A program made the translations under genes and the position numbers. Shown here one piece after another: positions 36,312-49,178 of a stretch of DNA of 64,000 nucleotides (positions are counted from its first letter, which is position 1; each line of letters starts with the position of its first letter). A model generated the notes under the pieces. That model was not told the DNA's origin. It did not search any database and saw only the letters and a list, made by a program, of their open reading frames with translations. The DNA is taken from contig OX597814.1 in assembly GCA_951406725.2 (NCBI GenBank), forward strand, positions 83,328,001-83,392,000, read 5' to 3'. This DNA comes from Octopus vulgaris (Eukaryota).

Positions 36312-36708
36312 AGATTACAAGTTCAGGTTTATACCTGTAATTATTTGGACCCTGAGATATGTAACACACTGCCTAAATACCAGTCTTGAGAAATTAGGCT
36401 TCTCAAAACTAGAAAGGAGAAAGCTAATTCGAAGGCTACATATCCAATCCATCAGTGGAGCCATAAAAATCTGTAAAACTTTCCAGAAGTTTATCTTTTA
36501 AATATATATGAGCATGTCTAGATATGTAACTCTATGCATGAGAATATATACATAAAACATACAAATCTGAACATACATACATGCATGCATACATACATAC
36601 AAACAAAAATACCCTGTTGTTGATGTGGAAATTCCAATGAAGGAACCTTGGGTCTAGGTTAGAAACCAGTTCTTTCTCTATTAGCAAGAAATTTTGAAAT
36701 AAACTGAC
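36312..36708 (+). mobile_element. 3' end of an RLE-type (Dong/R4-like) non-LTR retrotransposon
   Basis: YKFRFIPVIIWTLRYVTHCLNTSLEKLGFSKLERRKLIRRLHIQSISGAIKICKTFQKFIF* resembles the RLE C-terminus (..IPVVIGALG..LEKLG..LQ..L.GT..I). Flanked by (CATA)n. Confidence 0.7.
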
Positions 36709-37430
36709 CATACATACATACATACAAACAAACAAGAAGGAAAATGCACAATAATTTTATGTTGAACAAAATATATATATACTTTGTTCAACATAAAATT
36801 TCTGTGCATTTTCCTTTTCACATTTTTCACTACAATTCACCACTTGGAAAAAATATTTTATCGATCCTTTTCACTATGTGTGTGTGTTTGTGTGTGTTTA
36901 ATATATATGTACTGATATATTTATATATGCATATATACTGTTGTGTGTTACATGAGTTATGTTTGAGTACTTCTGTACCAATGTGTGTGTTCATGTGTAT
37001 AAGTTTTATTTGTACCAATTTCCTTATTGATACGAAGACTATTTGTACTTTAATTTTTACCTTCTTTTTTATCAATATTATTTCTTAGTCATTTTCATGA
37101 ATTCTCTTGTCTCTATAAACATCCTGATATTCCAGTGCCATTACCATCTGTCTAAGTTAAATCTGCTAAAGATAGCTTCAGCAGTAATTTTAACTATCAC
37201 AGATCAAATTGAAGATTTTTCCAGCCATACAGGAAAACATTCCCAAAATACTCATTATACATTATTCATTGACATAACTCACTGTGTGTGTTAGTGTGTT
37301 TACATATAGATGGATGTACATATTAGTGTCTTATTTGATTTGCTATTTTTAATAGCTCTTCATTCATGTGTTAAAATATCTATTTAAGTTAGGCAACTTA
37401 AATATACTCAATGACCATCTATATACACAC

Positions 37431-37501
<71 letters not shown>

Positions 37502-37649
37502 TTTAATTGTGTACGCATATTAATGTGAGTAGGTATGTGTGTATGTGTGTGTATCCCTCTGTCTGTGTATATATGTTTGCCTATGTATGTATATGTATGG
37601 TATGTGTATGTAGGTATAGCCTTTTCCTTTATAATATTACAGTCTTCTG

Positions 37650-37868
37650 AAGGCAGTGAGCTGGCAGAATTGTTAGTATGTTAGGCAAAATGCTTGGTGG
37701 CATTTCATCCATCTTTACATTCTGATTTCAAATTCTGCCAAGGTGATTATACCTTTCATCCTTTCAGGATTAATAAAATAAGTACCAGTTGAGCACTGGA
37801 GTTGATATAATTGATTTACTCCCTCTCCTAAAATTATCAGTATTGTGCCAAAATTTGAAACCAATATT
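37650..37868 (+). mobile_element. SINE family D with probable TSD
   Basis: D motifs; AATATTACAGTCTTCT occurs on both sides (37633 and 37863). Confidence 0.9.
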
Positions 37869-38224
37869 ACAGTCTTCTCAACATTAAGAACAGGTCCTTA
37901 TAAAACAAAAGCCTTGTTGATACTTGAATAACAATGTGAGTTAAATTTTAAACTTCTAGAAAGGTTTTTACAGTTATAAGTACATCATTAATATATAATG
38001 AATGTAGAAGTAGCACTGATCTTCTTTGTGAATTTATTCTAAGTTAGATCTCTGCCAAAATTCTGTCTCAGTCCCTTTTTTATTTAAACTAGTCCCTCGT
38101 GATACCATAAAGAAGTTTATATTAAATAGCTGAACTAAGACCAATCATGTCCATTTTTGAAAACCTTAGTTTCACAAAAGTTCTATTTACAACTCTTCTA
38201 ATTATTATCAATGTAAACTGAAAT

Positions 38225-38790
38225 CATCATTATAACTATCTAACATCTGTTTTTCATACTAGCATAGGTTGAATGGTTCGTCAGGAACTGGCAAGCCAGT
38301 GGAAGAATGCTTCAAGCTCTGCTAACTGCTTTGCCATAGTTTCTATGGCTGGATGCCCTTTCTAATGCCAGCTACTTTATAAAGTGTACTGGGTGCTTTT
38401 TACATGGCACCAGCACTGGCAAAGTCACCAAGTACCTTGCAAGATAAAGATGCTTCAACTAAGAGAAGGGGTAGTACTGAGTAGGGTTGCTTTGCACCAT
38501 GTTAGGGTACAGAGAGGTAAATATAAGTGAAGTGGTACAGAGGACTGGACAGGGTAAGCAGGCAGGAAGGTTGTGAGAGTGTGATAGGAGAGTGGGAAAC
38601 AGGAGAGGGTGAGTGGAATGCAGTGAGTGGTGGACATGGGGTGGATGGAAGGAGAGGTATTATGAAGATGAGTTGTGGAACAGAGGCTTGTCAGGGACAT
38701 ATTGTATGCAGGGGCATGAAGAGGACATAGAGACCTGATTGGAAGAAGGGAAGGGTATTGAGAAGATGAGTTGTGAAGGAGTTACACATA
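38225..38790 (-). mobile_element. RTE-tail element with a body that is purine-rich on +
   Basis: Family-E tail reversed, followed by a G/A-rich tract. Confidence 0.7.
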
Positions 38791-39399
38791 CTGTAGAAAT
38801 ATATTAGTCACTGGAGATTAAGTATTGTACTACCTGCTCACTTCCATTGTGGGTATGTTTCACTGTATAGGTAGAGCTGGTTCTTCTATCTTTCTTATCT
38901 CAGTTCACCTGTCTTTCAGAGAAAGGTGCCAGATCATACAGAAAGTATTAACTGCAATAAACTGATGTACTGTCCAAGGATAAATTTATATTTCATCCAC
39001 TTCTTATCAAAAAATTGCATCTAAGTACCAGCCATGAAAAGCTCTTTAGTGATTAAAACACATTCACAGTTACAATAATCATTCTGCATTAGCTGACTAT
39101 AGTTATTCTCTTTACCATCAAATTTTGAGATTCATGTCAGCTAGACAACTGACCTCCCTGACACCATGCAGTTTTTGCTTTCTGTCTTATAGAACAATAT
39201 TTACTTCGTTATAACTGTATTTTAACCAGAATGTTCTAACAATATTCTTTGTTGTCATGTGTGTGTGTGTGTGTCTGCATGTGTCTGTCTATGCTTTCTG
39301 CTCAGGTGGTGTTAATGGAAATGACATTCACACTCACTAAAACCTTCTTCCTGTGGCTTCTCCAATATTTTGATACACTTTCATCTCTCTCTCTCTCTT

Positions 39400-40100
39400 T
39401 ATCTCCATATTTCTATTTCTCCCTCTCTCTCTTCCCATCTTTCTCTCTCTCCCTCTCTCTCTATCTCCCCCCTTGGTACACTCCTGCTATCTTTTACCAA
39501 TTCTCCATGGCCCCAACACCAGCTCAATATCATCTGTTCTTCCCCTATTAAATATCACACCCTCCACCAGCTCATAATCACCCACATAATGAAGGACACT
39601 ACTAGATTTTCCTACTCATCTTATCATTCTCCCCACCCCACCCAAACAAACTACTAACCTCTGACTCTGCTCTTACCATTTCTTTACTTTCTCTGGGCAG
39701 TGTCTCTTTTGATACTTGTCCTTCCATTCCCTCACAATACATCTATTTCTCCCCCTCATAATTTAACTACTCTTAACACATCCTCATCAATTTAAATTCA
39801 GTTTATGCCAACAACCTCTCTTCCATTCCTCCTCTCAGACATTGGGGCACTTTACGCTTACAAGTTACAGGGCAACCTCACCAGTGCTATTATCAAAATA
39901 ACATGTACACAGAACACCCTCTGTAAATTGGTTGTCAAATCAAGCTGAAATAATGTAGGCTTAAAAGGACTCCTTAGTCTTACTGAGGGCATGATAACCT
40001 CACTAGTGCAGGTACCATGATAAAAAGCAAAAAGTGCAAACTGTTAAGTAGTTAGTGTTAGGAAGGGTATCCAGCCATAAGTCATGGGAAGAAATACGAA
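39400..40100 (+). mobile_element. C/T-rich-body RTE-tail element(s)
   Basis: Pyrimidine tract, then CTTACAAGTTAC.GGgcAACCTCACCAGTGC and TGTTAGGAAGGGTATCCAGCC. Confidence 0.55.
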
Positions 40101-40220
40101 AGATGCTACACGGATGGTAGTCAAACCAAGAAAGAAAGGTCAGGCTTGGCCGAACACTGATCACGTGGAAGGAGAAGAGAGAGGTCATGAGTATAATGTG
40201 TGTGTGTGTGTGTGTGTTTA

Positions 40221-41120
40221 TCTATTATATAAAAATCAATATCTGTGTGTTTGTGTGTTACTTATAGACTTGAAAACTACTGGACTGATCCTAATGAAAT
40301 TTGGAACACAAAATCCAAGCCTAGGGAGAAGGGTAATGCTATATGCTTCATACAATTTTGAGGGGGCAGAAAGTGGAGAAGAACTCCCTGTGAAAAGTCA
40401 TATGCTTCAGATTTTGAAATTTGAACCATAGGTATTAGAAATAAATTATAAAATATATCCAAAATTTCCATTTCTTTGGATGATTCTAAAACACCCTAAT
40501 GGGGGTTTAACCCCCAAATTTTAGTCATTTTTTATGACCAAAACTACTGAATAGATCCTTATGATATTTGGAACTTACATTCAATGCATAAGGCCTGGTA
40601 TAATGCAGTATGTCTGATTTGAAATTGAGGGGGCTTAAAGGGGGCAGAACCCCGTCTCCCCCCGAAAATTCATAAATTTCTGATGTTGTTGGAATTTCAA
40701 CCATTGGTAATTGACACAAATCAAGAAATATTCCCAAAGTTTCTGCTTCTCATGAGGATTCTAAGATCCCCTAATGGGGGCCTTGACTCCCAAATTTTAG
40801 TCATTTTTTTATGGTCCAAAACAAGGTCAAAAGTACTGAATAGATCTTTATGAAATTTGGAAATTATATTCTATGCGTAAGGGTGGATGTAATGCAATAT
40901 ATGTTTAGAAGTGAGAAAGGCATAAATGAGACCCTAACCCCCATGAAAATTCATATATTTTTGCTGTTGATGAAATTTTAACCATACGTATTGGGCACAA
41001 ATGCAGTATTTCAACTTCTTAGGAGGTTAGTAAGACCCCTTAATGGGGGCTTAATCCCCACAATTTAGTCATTTTTCCTAAGCCAAGACGAATACAATTG
41101 TAGTCTTGGAAGCTGTAGAG
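40221..41120 (+). mobile_element. Helitron-like non-autonomous element with three internal units of about 270-290 bp
   Basis: 5' TCTATTATATAAAA; ACTACTGgACtGATC.TAATGAAATTTGG at about 40276, 40543 and 40833; TAATGGGGG..TTTAGTCATTTTT three times; 3' hairpin CCAAGAC..GTCTTGG. Confidence 0.6.
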
Positions 41121-41504
41121 TCAACCGAGGATACAAGATGAGCGTTATTTGTAATTCAACAGTACAACAGTGAGTTGACAGTGAGTTACTCAAATATGAG
41201 CTTCGAGCTTTAAGTGGCTGTTTTCAAACTGAAATATATATGTGTTACTGGCTGCTTAAATGGCAAAAGATATTTTCTTGCCATTTAAGCACACATATCA
41301 CACGTATATGCATGTGCATACATATACATACACATACATGTACACACACACATATATATATATATATGTATATACGCACATATATCAATATACATACATT
41401 CCTCTTAACCCTTATACCATGTGCATACAAAAAGAAAATATACAGAAAAGAGAAAAGAATATAAAAAGTATAAACTACTATATATATAAAGAATACAAAA
41501 GCAT

Positions 41505-41553
41505 AGAAGAAGAAGAAGAAGAACAGCAGCAGCAGCAGCAACAACAACAACAA
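41505..41553. repeat. (GAA)n(CAG)n(CAA)n trinucleotide tract
   Basis: Directly visible; embedded in non-coding low-complexity sequence. Confidence 0.9.
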
Positions 41554-41739
41554 GGAAGGAAGGAGAAAGAGAGGAAGAGGAAAACAGTAAATGAAATCAA
41601 GAAAAAATTAATAAATATATAAATAAAAATGAAATTACAAATAAAAAATAAGATTAATAGTAACTAAGAACAGTGGGGAGAAGATTTAAGTCTATCAAGA
41701 ATAAGGAAATGGAATATTTTGGAGTGGTCAGTATTGTTG

Positions 41740-41958
41740 TACATACACACACACACATATATATGTATATATCCACATACACATGCATATATGTATTCAT
41801 ATATATACATACACACTCAGACATGTTTATATGTATACACACACACTCATACAGACATATATATACATACACATATATACATACACACACATATATATAT
41901 GCACACACACATATAGATACATAATGCATACATATGCATGCACACATATTTACACATG

Positions 41959-42039
<81 letters not shown>

Positions 42040-42299
42040 GTACATATATATACATACAGTAAAATATTTACATATACATAGATACATATATAGATTTGTA
42101 CCACATTTACACAGTTAAAACCTCATACATGCATACACATACATAGGTGTACATACACATAAATACACAGATATGCATATACATGTACACGCACACACAT
42201 ATATATATATATACATACACATATATACACACACATATATCAATATACATACATGCCTCTTAACCCTTATACCTTTGAATGTATACACACACATACATA

Positions 42300-42347
<48 letters not shown>

Positions 42348-42463
42348 TGCATACAAACATTCATACATATATACATATATACTCACACATATATGCATGT
42401 GCATACATATACATACACATACATACACACATATATATATATACATGTACATATATATATATG

Positions 42464-42495
<32 letters not shown>

Positions 42496-42620
42496 CATAT
42501 ATATATACACACACACACATATACACATACATACCTTCATATTTACATACATACACACACAAACACACATATATATACATGTATATATACACACACACAT
42601 TCATGTGTATATAGGTATGT
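41740..42620. repeat. Extended (CA)/(TA) low-complexity array
   Basis: About 900 bp of alternating purine-pyrimidine repeats; source of many spurious ORFs. Confidence 0.95.
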
Positions 42621-43040
42621 ATATATTCGCATGTGTATTTGTAGGAACATTTTTTATGTTATTTGAAACATTGTCATTAGCATATAATTGTTATTTTGTA
42701 TATTTTTGTCAAAGCAGTCCTTAGTTTTAAATAGCATTTCAGATAATTATTGCCCTACCATTTTACTTTAAAAGCAAAAAGTACTTTTGCTGATATTTTT
42801 GAGTAGTTGCTGATAATAAGTATCACTTCTTTAAAACCAGTTTATCATATTCCTTCTATTCATTAACAATATATTATTCAAAGCATTGCACTTTAAAATG
42901 CTAAGTTTTGTAATCGCTAGTAACATTTCATAATGATCGCAAACTTTTTACATAGCCAAAAATTTTGTCCTATATGCTAAATTTTCTTTACTATCTAAAA
43001 ACTACATTATCCCTCACCAATTGCTCATTCTTTCCAAATG

Positions 43041-43099
<59 letters not shown>

Positions 43100-43354
43100 T
43101 AAATAAATATTAGACAAAGGCTTTGGTCTGAAGGTACCACATTAATATTGTTACTGTGATGTGAAGTAAACAACCTAAAGACTGTCTGGTGAGATTGTTT
43201 ATGTTAAAATATGGTTTAATGAATTGGAAAGATAAGGAAAGCTGTCAGAAATACGATGTTTACAGGCAATAGTTGCTCATCGGAAAAGTATTGGATTTTG
43301 ATCAATCATTAATATTATTATTTATAAAGAAATCATCATCATCATTAATATTAT

Positions 43355-43395
<41 letters not shown>

Positions 43396-43412
43396 TTGTT
43401 GTTGTTGTTGTT
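43355..43412. repeat. (TAC)n(TTG)n microsatellite
   Basis: Directly visible. Confidence 0.95.
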
Positions 43413-44857
43413 ATCGTCATTGAATTAGTTATTGTTTTAAATTGAAGTAATTAACCGTTTTATTGTTATTGATTCAGGTTTATAAGTGCATATATGTGTG
43501 GGTATGTAAGTATGTGATTGCGTTTTCCTCACCATCAATATCTCCCTATTGATTTGCCAATTCCAATCTCCATTAATCACAAAAAAAGCAGCATGTTCAA
43601 AAAAGTTTGGATCTCATTTTTTTTTCCCCTAACTAAAAATTCATACTTGGTGGATGATTTTTCCAACATTGATCATACCATACTCTATATTATCATGCTA
43701 TACCACACTCACCTCCACTGCTACAATGCCACCCTTATTACTAAAAAGCTAATATTCCACTGTTTTTGCTACTACTGATACTGTTGCTGCTACCAGAACC
43801 TTTATCATTCAAATAACCACCAATGCTGCTTCTACTACTAATTCTATTACTTCATACACCACCAACAGTAATACTGATATGACTACTTGTATCAACACTA
43901 ACACCACCCCCATCTCTATAACATTGTTATATTTGTCTCAGTCTAGCTCGATGAAAAGTAATTGCTATTTCAAGGTTGAACGATTGACGTGGAGAAAGGT
44001 ATCCAACCGAAAACATTTCCTCCCATACTTTATTGAAATATCTGGATTTTCAGACCTATGAATTTATGTATTGAAGAACAGAATATATTGGATGGTTCTA
44101 CAGCTGGCTATACCATTAGCAAGTTATTAATTAATCTTAAACAGTCATATTTGTTTTCTTTTTACACATGTAAGCACTCCGTTATATAATCAATAATGCA
44201 GTCACTCAGTAAGTGATAGATATGTGATAGATTTGCAGTTCATGTCCCCTCCAGCGTGCATGTTTCTCTTTGTGAGTGCCGGCATGGCTCATTAACAAAT
44301 GCAGTTTGCTAGTATGCAGTTCTGGTTTTGATCCCACTCAATGACATTTCATCCTTCATCATGACTTCAGGTGTCTTTTACCATGGCTAACCCCAGATCA
44401 ACCAAAGCTTTGTGAGTGAAATTGAGTAGATGTAAATTGGGCTGAAGTTTGTTATAGGTCATCATCATCATTTTAACATCCAATTTTCCATGCATTTATG
44501 GATCAGATATGCATGAAGGTGTAGAAAGGAAAGAAAATAGTATTCAACATATATTGTGGGAGTTAAATGTATTTCTCAACAAGTTGATTCTGTGCCACTT
44601 TACTTAGTTTTGTGGATTTTGATCAATCTCTAGTTCAACATGTGTGTTACATTAAAAATATAACTATGTTCAAATTTGATCTTTTATTTCTTAAGAATTT
44701 TTCATATTTCTTTATTAGTCCTTCATGAAAAATTCTTAATAAAAAAGGATAAAACTTGAATATGGTAATGTTTGTAATATATTATATTTGAAAGGAAGCT
44801 GTTTCTCATTTTACGCAAGTGTATGTAAATCATAGGTATAGTTAATGTTGTAAACTA

Positions 44858-44956
44858 TGTGAGTAGATTTGTAGACAGAAAGACCAAAACTTAGAGAAGC
44901 CCATCAGATATACGTATGCATGTATGTATGTATGTATGTATGTATGTATGTATGTA

Positions 44957-44993
<37 letters not shown>

Positions 44994-45292
44994 AAATGCA
45001 TATATATATATATATATATCATGTATGTGTGTCTATCTGTTTGTGTGCACCCTTGTTTAGACATCACATGATGATTGTAAAACCATCATTGTCATACAAG
45101 CCAAGCAGTTCATTTCCCATGTTTCATGAGAAACATGTCTAGCTATGGGAAAATATTAGCTTGCTTGGAAACAAGTGAGGGTTGACAACAGGAAGTGCAT
45201 GCAGCCATAGAAAATCTGCTTCAACAAATTCTGTCTGACCCATGCAAGCATGGAGATGTAGATGTTAAGTGATAATTATGATGAGGATGATG
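44858..45292 (+). mobile_element. SINE family C (B-type head region plus RTE-like tail)
   Basis: AACATGTCT.GC.ATGGG.AAATATTA.CTTGCTTGGAAACA.GTGAGGGTTG.CAACAGGAAG..CCATGCAAGCATGGA..GTTAA.TGAT. Also at 59275 and 63145. Confidence 0.82.
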
Positions 45293-45639
45293 GTGTGTGA
45301 GCATGTGTGTGTATCAATTTATTTAAAAGTTATGTAAAACTTTCCATATTGTAACGATGAAGTTATGCTGTTATCACGTGTTGTATTGTAATACTTGTTA
45401 CTTATTTTCTTACCAGATGTGATTAGACAATTATACAATTGAGAGACTGGTTATAATGATACTAAGAACTAAGAAACAGCAACCTGTATTACTTGTTTCA
45501 TGGTTGAGAATGTTATAATGTTTCATAATTTCTTTTCTCTCAAATTCTATATTACAAAATTACCCAAGCTGTATAATTTCTGCTATGTAAACCACTACTA
45601 CCACTTTTCTTGGATTTTTTATGCACTTTCATCGTAGAG

Positions 45640-45772
45640 AAGCTAACAAACCAAACATGTTTTTACAAAAGATTGGAAGCAGACAGCACTTGCATGATGG
45701 TGGCACTTGGTCACGATTATTATGTGAAGTCAAGGCAAAGAGACAGTAGCACACTCACATATGCATACACAT

Positions 45773-45806
<34 letters not shown>

Positions 45807-45957
45807 GGCTTCCTTCAGTTTCCTTCTGCCAAATCCACTCAAATCCATGGTCATCCAGGGTCTACAGTAGAGAACACCTAAGTTGCCAAGCAGTGAGACT
45901 GAACCTGAAACCATGCAGTTGGAAGCAAACTTTTTACCATGCAGCAACACCTGCTTC
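45640..45957 (-). mobile_element. SINE family C/B, minus strand
   Basis: Reverse-complement head and body motifs. Confidence 0.8.
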
Positions 45958-47019
45958 TTATCAGAGCGAGAGAGAGAGAGAAGAAAAAGAAGAAGAAGAA
46001 GAGATAATAATATCAACAGTAGGAGAGAAATACATTAAACACAGTACCCTCTTACCAAATGGAAGCTGAAAAAATTATCACATTCCTGGTTGACAAAAGA
46101 AGTGCAAGCACACACCGATGTTTTGTTTTCTGTTACCTATGTTACTGTTTTTGTTGTTTGGCCTTTGGTCAACTTTGATTGATCAGATTTATAAATAAAG
46201 ACACTCTAGCCATGACTATCCCATCTCTTTTGTATATCAAGTATAACGTTTTCTGAAGTATCCTTCTTTATTTAAAGTGCCTAAAGTCTCCATCTTCATT
46301 TTAAAATAACAATGTCTAATTTTAGATAGATTTCACTACCATTTCTAGTTGTTTGAGTAACTTCATAGAAGCTCTTTCATTAGCTCCTTGACAGTATGTT
46401 ATAGTTGTAATTTAATTTTGATGTTAGCTATTAAATTATAATAGAATATGAAATTAGTGTTCATCTATTATTGACAGGTGTGCAAGAGACCTCATAAATT
46501 CAGTAATTAAGACTGGACTGCCAGCTACTTTCAGGGTTCTTTATTCTCTTACTGTTTCAAGTTATTGGACTGTATCCATATTGGGGCATGACGTTCAAGG
46601 AGTTAATTGATTATTTCAACCCCAGTAATTATTTTTGACTGATACCTATTTTATCATCTCTATTTGTTGAAGCACTAATATATGAAATATTAAGGGAAGC
46701 AACATAGCAGCACTAATTTTCAGGCCAGTGTCTGTGTGATGTATGTGTTCAGTTTTAAGAATTATTTAAGTATTTACATATGGAAATAAGTATATAATAT
46801 ATTTAAATATTGGAATTTGAGTATTTACATATGTAAATATTTGCACACTTGAGTATAGATACATACATTTGTATATGAATTCAATTCAAGTAAGTATTAA
46901 AGTATAGAATTACACATACAAGTAAGTATAGATGTATATCTACATATAGAAACTGAATTTGAATATTTACATTGGTAAATATATTTACAGAGGTCTCTTT
47001 TCATGGAGTCTGTGTGAGT

Positions 47020-47450
47020 TTGGCATGTGGTATCTCTTGAAAGTGCATGATTTGTGATTGGGGAAGTTAGGGAAGAATTAAAGGTTGTGTCATCTATATA
47101 AGGGTTAGTGTTGTTGGATGTGGTAACAAGTAAGTAATTGATGTATAGGAGGAAGAGAGTCAAGAACATAACAAAATCCTCGGCCATGCTCTATTTGATA
47201 GAGTGAGGAACAGAAAAAGCTCTGTCAACACACTGCAGCAATAGTGCAACATGACTGGGATCTATGGCCCCGAGGGATTAGAGATAAGTGGAGCCCTTCT
47301 GAGAGCAGTTTTGAATAGAAATTGAAATCTTTGCTAATATCAAGAGTGACAACATTGCTTTCTCCAAATTTCTGCAAGGCAAGAGACCACCAGTAGATGA
47401 CAGAGGTGTATAGGTCACCAGTATGTTTGCACCTGAGATCTATGTATGCA
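47020..47450 (-). pseudogene. Decayed L2/Jockey-group LINE RT fragment
   Basis: HTGDLYTSVIYWWSLALQKFGESNVVTLDISKDFN (cf. STGDLL..ALD..LDISKAFD) and LTLFLLYINYLL..PYIDDTT (cf. SPTLFLLYINDL..YADDTT). Confidence 0.78.
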
Positions 47451-48703
47451 TGGTGGTGGATCTCAAGAAGATAGAAGTGGAAGAAATTTGACTAGTGTGT
47501 GCATTGCAGTGTAGTGCTGGTTGCAAAGTAAACAGTAAAGGTTGGGGCTTCCTCTGCAAGTGTACTGCTTGCAGAACTATTGTTTCTGTAAAATAGCAGG
47601 AAAGATTCTTGCTACATAGGTGATAATCCTCTTGACAAAGGGTCAAAAGGATATACATATACATGCACATGCACACACACACGCGCATACATACAAATAC
47701 ATGCATACATACATATAAATAAATAAGTGGTTGAATATTCCATAGACACATGTGTACTCTTCCATAAATACACTTGTGCCCTTTGAGTTACAAGTGGCCT
47801 ACATTTTCACTCACAACAAATGGATTAGTCTGAAGCTATGCTAAGAGGCACTTGTACTATATTATGCTGAGGAATTGAGCCCAAGACCTTAGGATTGTGA
47901 AATGAACATCTAAAACCCCTGCCTGCATCCATTAGTGGTATTATAGTTATGTTACTCATCTAATATTATAATTACTAACTTGAAAATGCCTGCAAAACAC
48001 TGTCTCTGTAATAGTCATCTAACACATGCTAGTGTGGAAAACTAAAGGTAAAAAGAACAAACTATATGCATGTGTGTGGCTATGTGTTTAAAAAGTTTGC
48101 TTCCCAACCATATAGACACAGCTTTAACTCCATTGTGTGATACATTAAGCAAATGTCTTCCACTATAGCTTTGGGCTACTAAGGTATAAGTTTAAATTTA
48201 GATGTAGTCCTTGTGTTATACTTCTAAATAGGGCATATTATTGTTTATATCAGTCAATATAACTGAAGTATAAATACTATATTCTCTTCATAGATTTAAC
48301 AGTAGAAAGTCTAAAAATGTTTACATATATAAATATTCAAATTTATTTATCTAGATATTCTTATTCACTTATTTGTAAATGTCAGTATAAATATTTATGA
48401 GTTGAGTTTCATACTAAAGCAATCATCAAGCAAGAACTTTTGTTACTTGGTGTAACTATTATTTTACATCTGTCAGTGTGGGATTCTTCTTTTGTTTATG
48501 CCTCTTCATTCTATTCATTGGTCTTTGGATTCTTTTTCTTATGTTGTTTTTAATAGCTCATTGTCTGTGATATTTGTATCATGGTCTGGTTTCATATGCT
48601 GTATTAGTTTGTTTCATTCAGCATGTTTTTGTTTTTTAAGTTTTCTCTATCTTGTTAGTTGTTCAAATACTATTACAAAAATTTATTTGAAAACTCAGAA
48701 TTA

Positions 48704-48968
48704 AGTCACAGCAACAGCAGCACTAACATACATAAGTCACAGCAACAACAGCATAACATGCAACAGCAACATTAACATACATTTCTTTAGTTTACTCTGT
48801 TGATTTCAAGTCTTGTGACTTGCCTCCTGCAATGTATTTATATCTTGAGTTACTGTATAGTACCTAGGCCTAGTACAATGACACAGTTGTATTGTCATTG
48901 ATATTACAACTACCATTACTCATTACTCGTTACAACCATTACTCATTACCACTACCATTACTCATTCA
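48704..48968. repeat. Two short minisatellites (31-bp TAAGTCACAGCAAC.. x2; ACCATTACTCATT x3)
   Basis: Directly visible. Confidence 0.8.
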
Positions 48969-49083
48969 CCTGGTTGTGAGAAATACGTACCAGATTTATT
49001 GGAAGTGTAATTTGTCTTAAAAGGAAAAACCTTCTATAGTGATTAATCATCCGGTTATGATAGTAAGGTCATTTTCCTCCCAG

Positions 49084-49178
49084 CACTTTGTGAAACTTGC
49101 TATGATTCCATCCGTCCACCACTTAGTGTTACTGGGCCCAGAATCAAACAGCAGTTTCAAAAGCCCCTTGGTTCATGA
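49084..49178 (+). CDS. Weak candidate terminal coding exon (xLCETCYDSIRPPLSVTGPRIKQQFQKPLGS*)
   Basis: Acceptor ATTTTCCTCCCAG, then 2 nt plus 30 codons and TGA; elevated GC. No recognised homology. Confidence 0.25.

Noticed and set aside
41260-41622. ORF with poly-E/poly-Q
   Set aside because: Trinucleotide microsatellite flanked by dinucleotide-derived codons; no splice or domain support.
41654-42724. Long ORFs (up to 183 aa) rich in Y/I/H/T/C/V; also at 10437-12402, 29650-30543 and 33608-34597
   Set aside because: Translations of (AT)n/(CA)n microsatellites, which lack stop codons by composition.
43974-44061. Possible exon VERLTWRKVSNRKHFLPYFIEISGFSDL*
   Set aside because: Weak splice sites, several equally poor readings and no recognisable homology.
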